A DNA stretch of 29,535 nt from Ginkgo biloba (taxonomy: Eukaryota > Plantae > Ginkgophyta). The stretch lies in NCBI GenBank assembly GCA_024626585.2, contig JANKJI020000002.1, positions 269,374,090 to 269,403,624 of the forward strand, in the 5' to 3' direction. Under the pieces are notes generated by a model. It had not been told where the DNA came from. It searched no databases and worked only from the letters and a program-made list of their open reading frames with translations. Position numbers and translations under genes: made by a program. This document shows, piece by piece, positions 27,058 through 29,535 of the stretch; position 1 is the stretch's first letter; each line of letters begins with the position of its first letter.

Positions 27058-28577
27058 TTATGCATGCTTAGATCCTTCAAAATTTTGATTACCAGAGGAA
27101 CTTGAGAGAATTGACAAAAGTTGTTCTGCATTGGCATCCTCATCCCATGAGAGGCTCCTCATGCCTGCTGCCCTGCCAATTTCGGCCAGCTTCCTTCCAT
27201 CCAAAACCAACTCCTTTATCTTACTGCACAGAATATCTATTGGGCCATTCAAATCCAGACCAAAAACTTGGCCTTGCTCAGGATCCAATTCTGCAGCTCC
27301 CACTGCACCGCCTGAGCCAACATGTACCATAGAAGGGGCTTCAAAGGCAGCTGCTTCGACTATAGTCATACAAATGCATCATAAATACAAGGATGCACAT
27401 TCAACAGCGTCCGAGAATAAATCTCTGCAAGTTGGGCCGGACCCATAAAACCTTCATAAATCACTGATTTTGGACATGCAGTCCTCACCCTCAACTTAAT
27501 ACCCTCTGCATAATCTCCACCTCCATGGGCTCCTCCACATAGGAAAGGCACAATGCCTTGTTCTTTTAGAAAATTAGCAAGAGATTCAATAATGGAAGCA
27601 AAGAGATCAGCATTTTTCTCTGGAGAAAGGCGGACGCAGCATGAAATATACTTCCTTCCCTTGTGCCACTCTTCTGAGCTCCTGAATACTGTCATAGCTA
27701 AAGACCGTATGTCTTCTTGAAGAGGAGGAAACAGAGGCCTGGGCATAACATGAGGAGAAATGCCAGATCCCAGCTCCGTTAAAAGTATGTGTGCATCTCT
27801 GGCACTCAAAGCAGCAATAGCAGAGGCCATGGACACAGCCCTTGATTCCATATCTCTATAAAATTCTCTCTCCACCATCCCCTGCTCTCCCTTATACTCT
27901 GAGATGTAATATATTCGAAAATTCAGAAAGGCCATTGAACATCGTTGGTTTCCTGTAGTCTCCCTTAGGCGCAAAAATGCAGGAAGCGCAGACCAATCTA
28001 CAACCAAAATCCATGATGGTTTGAATTCCATTACCTGTTTTGCCACACTCGGAGTGATCCCATTTGCAAAGCTCTGCCAAGGACTCTTCCAATCCAGTCT
28101 TCCCCATTGGGCTCCCTCCACATCCACATCTATTTCATACATTCTCAAACCTTTGTCAGTTTCTCGCATCATTTCCTGCATGTTTTCCACACCGTTGATT
28201 GGAGTCGAGGCTCTCATTCTCGGCTTGGCGCTGACTACCAAAATATAGTTCCCCTTTTTGGCAAGGGACCGTGCAATGGATTGAGCATAGACACCATTGC
28301 CGCTGAAAGTGGATTTCCTGTACTCTAGGGTCAGGAGAACAAATCTCATTGGAGACTCCTGTTTAGTGTTATTCATAGAATTGGGGCCGGGGGCGTAGAC
28401 TTGGCGAGTGTATATTGCTCTAAATAACAGAACTGTGAGAACTAGGATTCCTCCCAGCAATCTACAGAAGAACAACCGCCCCACTAATCTCGCCCTCTGA
28501 CCATCAGCCACCAGAGATCTAAAAGAGGCAGGCACCACACCCACAGGGTGCAACGTTCGAGGGCGCCTGCCTAGCAT
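27058..28577 (-). pseudogene. GT-B fold glycosyltransferase (GT4 / Glycos_transf_1-like) with N-terminal membrane anchor; frameshifted at ~27370 (pseudogene or assembly indel); repaired product 506 aa
   Basis: ORFs 27366..28583 and 27058..27369 join into one protein if 1 nt is added at TTT-GT-ATG (27374-27367), giving HPCIYDAF[G]MTIVEAAAF, the GT4 donor-binding D/E-x7-E motif. Also present: N-terminal Rossmann start MRFVLLTLEY...SGNGVYAQSIARSL, C-domain CCVRLSPEKNADLF, GFMGPAQLAEIYS, and terminal SWDEDANAEQLL. Hydrophobic LLGGILVLTVLLF follows an Arg-rich N-terminus. First true ATG is at 28577; GC is higher than in the flanks. Confidence 0.88.
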
Positions 28578-28579
28578 GC

Positions 28580-28830
28580 CCAAATTTCAATGTATATTTA
28601 ATCAAATCGACCCTCTCTCAATAACCCATCTGCTTTTTCCACCATACATGGCAATTTCTGGGTAAAACAATACACAGATCTGCTCAATGGAATCCTTTAT
28701 CAACAACCCATCTACCTCGAATTACCATATATGCCAATTTCTCGTAAAAATATTTACATATTTATTCAGTTCAACCCTTTCCCAATAACCCATCTTCTTT
28801 TCATGACCATTTCGGGCAAGATTTGTATAA
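28580..28830 (-). repeat. Three degenerate 82-bp tandem units upstream of the glycosyltransferase ATG
   Basis: AGATGGGTT(A/G)TTG recurs with its CATCT (plus strand) at 28627, 28709 and 28791, an exact 82-nt spacing, with shared flanks (AAATTG(G/C)CAT.TATGGT; AGGGT(T/C)GA..TGA.TAAATAT). Confidence 0.8.
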
Positions 28831-29002
28831 ACAAAGTGACCCGCCTTGTTGACTAACTGTATCAGATGTTGAGCATCCAAACACACCACTCCGTGAATAA
28901 ATACATATCGCATAGTAGTCACAGCGCATAATCAAAAAATCAATGCATAACCCTAGCAGCAACCATTTAGAGAAACTCCAAGTTTAAGCTTGCAAAACAA
29001 AC

Positions 29003-29302
29003 CTTAACTTCTTCAACCAACTTATCAGTAGCAGAGATCAGAGACGATACCAGGGCACCAAGAATGTATATATTAACAGTGAATAAATAGATAGGGCATT
29101 TTCTGAAGAGAAAGTAATGAGTAGTCAACAAAATGTTTATAGGATGCCCGATAAGCAATTGTTTAAATGTGGTGAAATCCCCACTCAACCAAATCCTTTG
29201 ATAAGCAAAAGATTTATTGATATTACCTGCTTAGGAGCATTAGATCAGCGTGAAACTTGCTTCGGCACACGTTTCCACGGACATGCATCCAGCAGTACAG
29301 AC
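29003..29302 (-). other. Candidate leader exons (<=29302-29227 and 29102-29003) of the glycosyltransferase transcript
   Basis: Donor GCAG|GTAATA (29227/29226), acceptor CTCTTCAG| (29103/29102), donor AAG|GTTTGT (29003/29002), acceptor ATACAG| (28857/28856). Implied introns are 124 and 146 nt and T-rich on the minus strand. Confidence 0.4.
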
Positions 29303-29328
29303 CTGAAACGAGTCTTTTTTTAAAAGTG

Positions 29329-29479
29329 GGGTTGGTTCTCTTTTTAGTTTGAACGGCATCCACCTATATAACCCTTTTACATTGAAAATTGTTAAAAACA
29401 ATAACATTCATTGGATTAGTTCTATAAAATTGTTAATAGGTGGTCTCTTTTTACTTCGAAGGGCTTCCACCCATATAAC
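29329..29479 (-). promoter_or_regulatory. Degenerate ~42-bp direct repeat containing a TATA-like element; possible promoter of the minus-strand gene
   Basis: Minus strand GTTATATGGGTGGAAGCCCTTCGAAGTAAAAAGAGACCACC versus GTTATATAGGTGGATGCCGTTCAAACTAAAAAGAGAACCAACC. The repeat is clear; the promoter role is inferred. Confidence 0.35.
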
Positions 29480-29535
29480 AAAAAGACCCAGGTAGTGGCG
29501 AGTCTTTGTTGTTTTTAATTTAATTTATGACTTGA

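Noticed and set aside
27366-27371. An intron resolving the frameshift
   Set aside because: The conserved motif is contiguous across the site, so there is no room for an intron. No canonical slippery heptamer is present either.
27102-28328. Plus-strand ORFs (27102, 27131, 28021, 28107) and alternative-frame ORF 27892-28107
   Set aside because: Shadows of the glycosyltransferase coding sequence with no independent signal.
28722-28860. Loose resemblance of KLVNKAGHFVYT...ERVELNKY to ribosomal protein L33
   Set aside because: Spacing does not fit, the DP...H motif is absent, and the segment overlaps a non-triplet 82-bp repeat.

Overview
AT-rich, gap-ridden eukaryotic scaffold (many 100-N gaps) that looks like a large plant genome; a gymnosperm-like origin is an inference from the retroelement content, not something the sequence proves. 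About 24 kb is a mosaic of decayed LTR retrotransposon fragments. These include a Ty1/Copia 5' end with intact LTR termini and a tRNA-iMet PBS (2039-3059), a Copia integrase (16090-17040), at least three Ty3/Gypsy gag/pol remnants, an antisense extra-ORF remnant next to a polypurine tract, and microsatellites. The only clearly recognisable host gene is a minus-strand, intronless-CDS, membrane-anchored GT-B/GT4 glycosyltransferase (27058-28577). Its frame is broken by a 1-nt deletion inside the conserved D/E-x7-E motif, so it is either a young pseudogene or an assembly error. Its upstream region contains candidate spliced leader exons, a possible ~98-aa upstream ORF and a triple 82-bp repeat with an ATG in each unit. 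An unidentified exon-like island lies at ~18.0-18.9 kb. No prokaryotic system, CRISPR array or RNA gene was seen.
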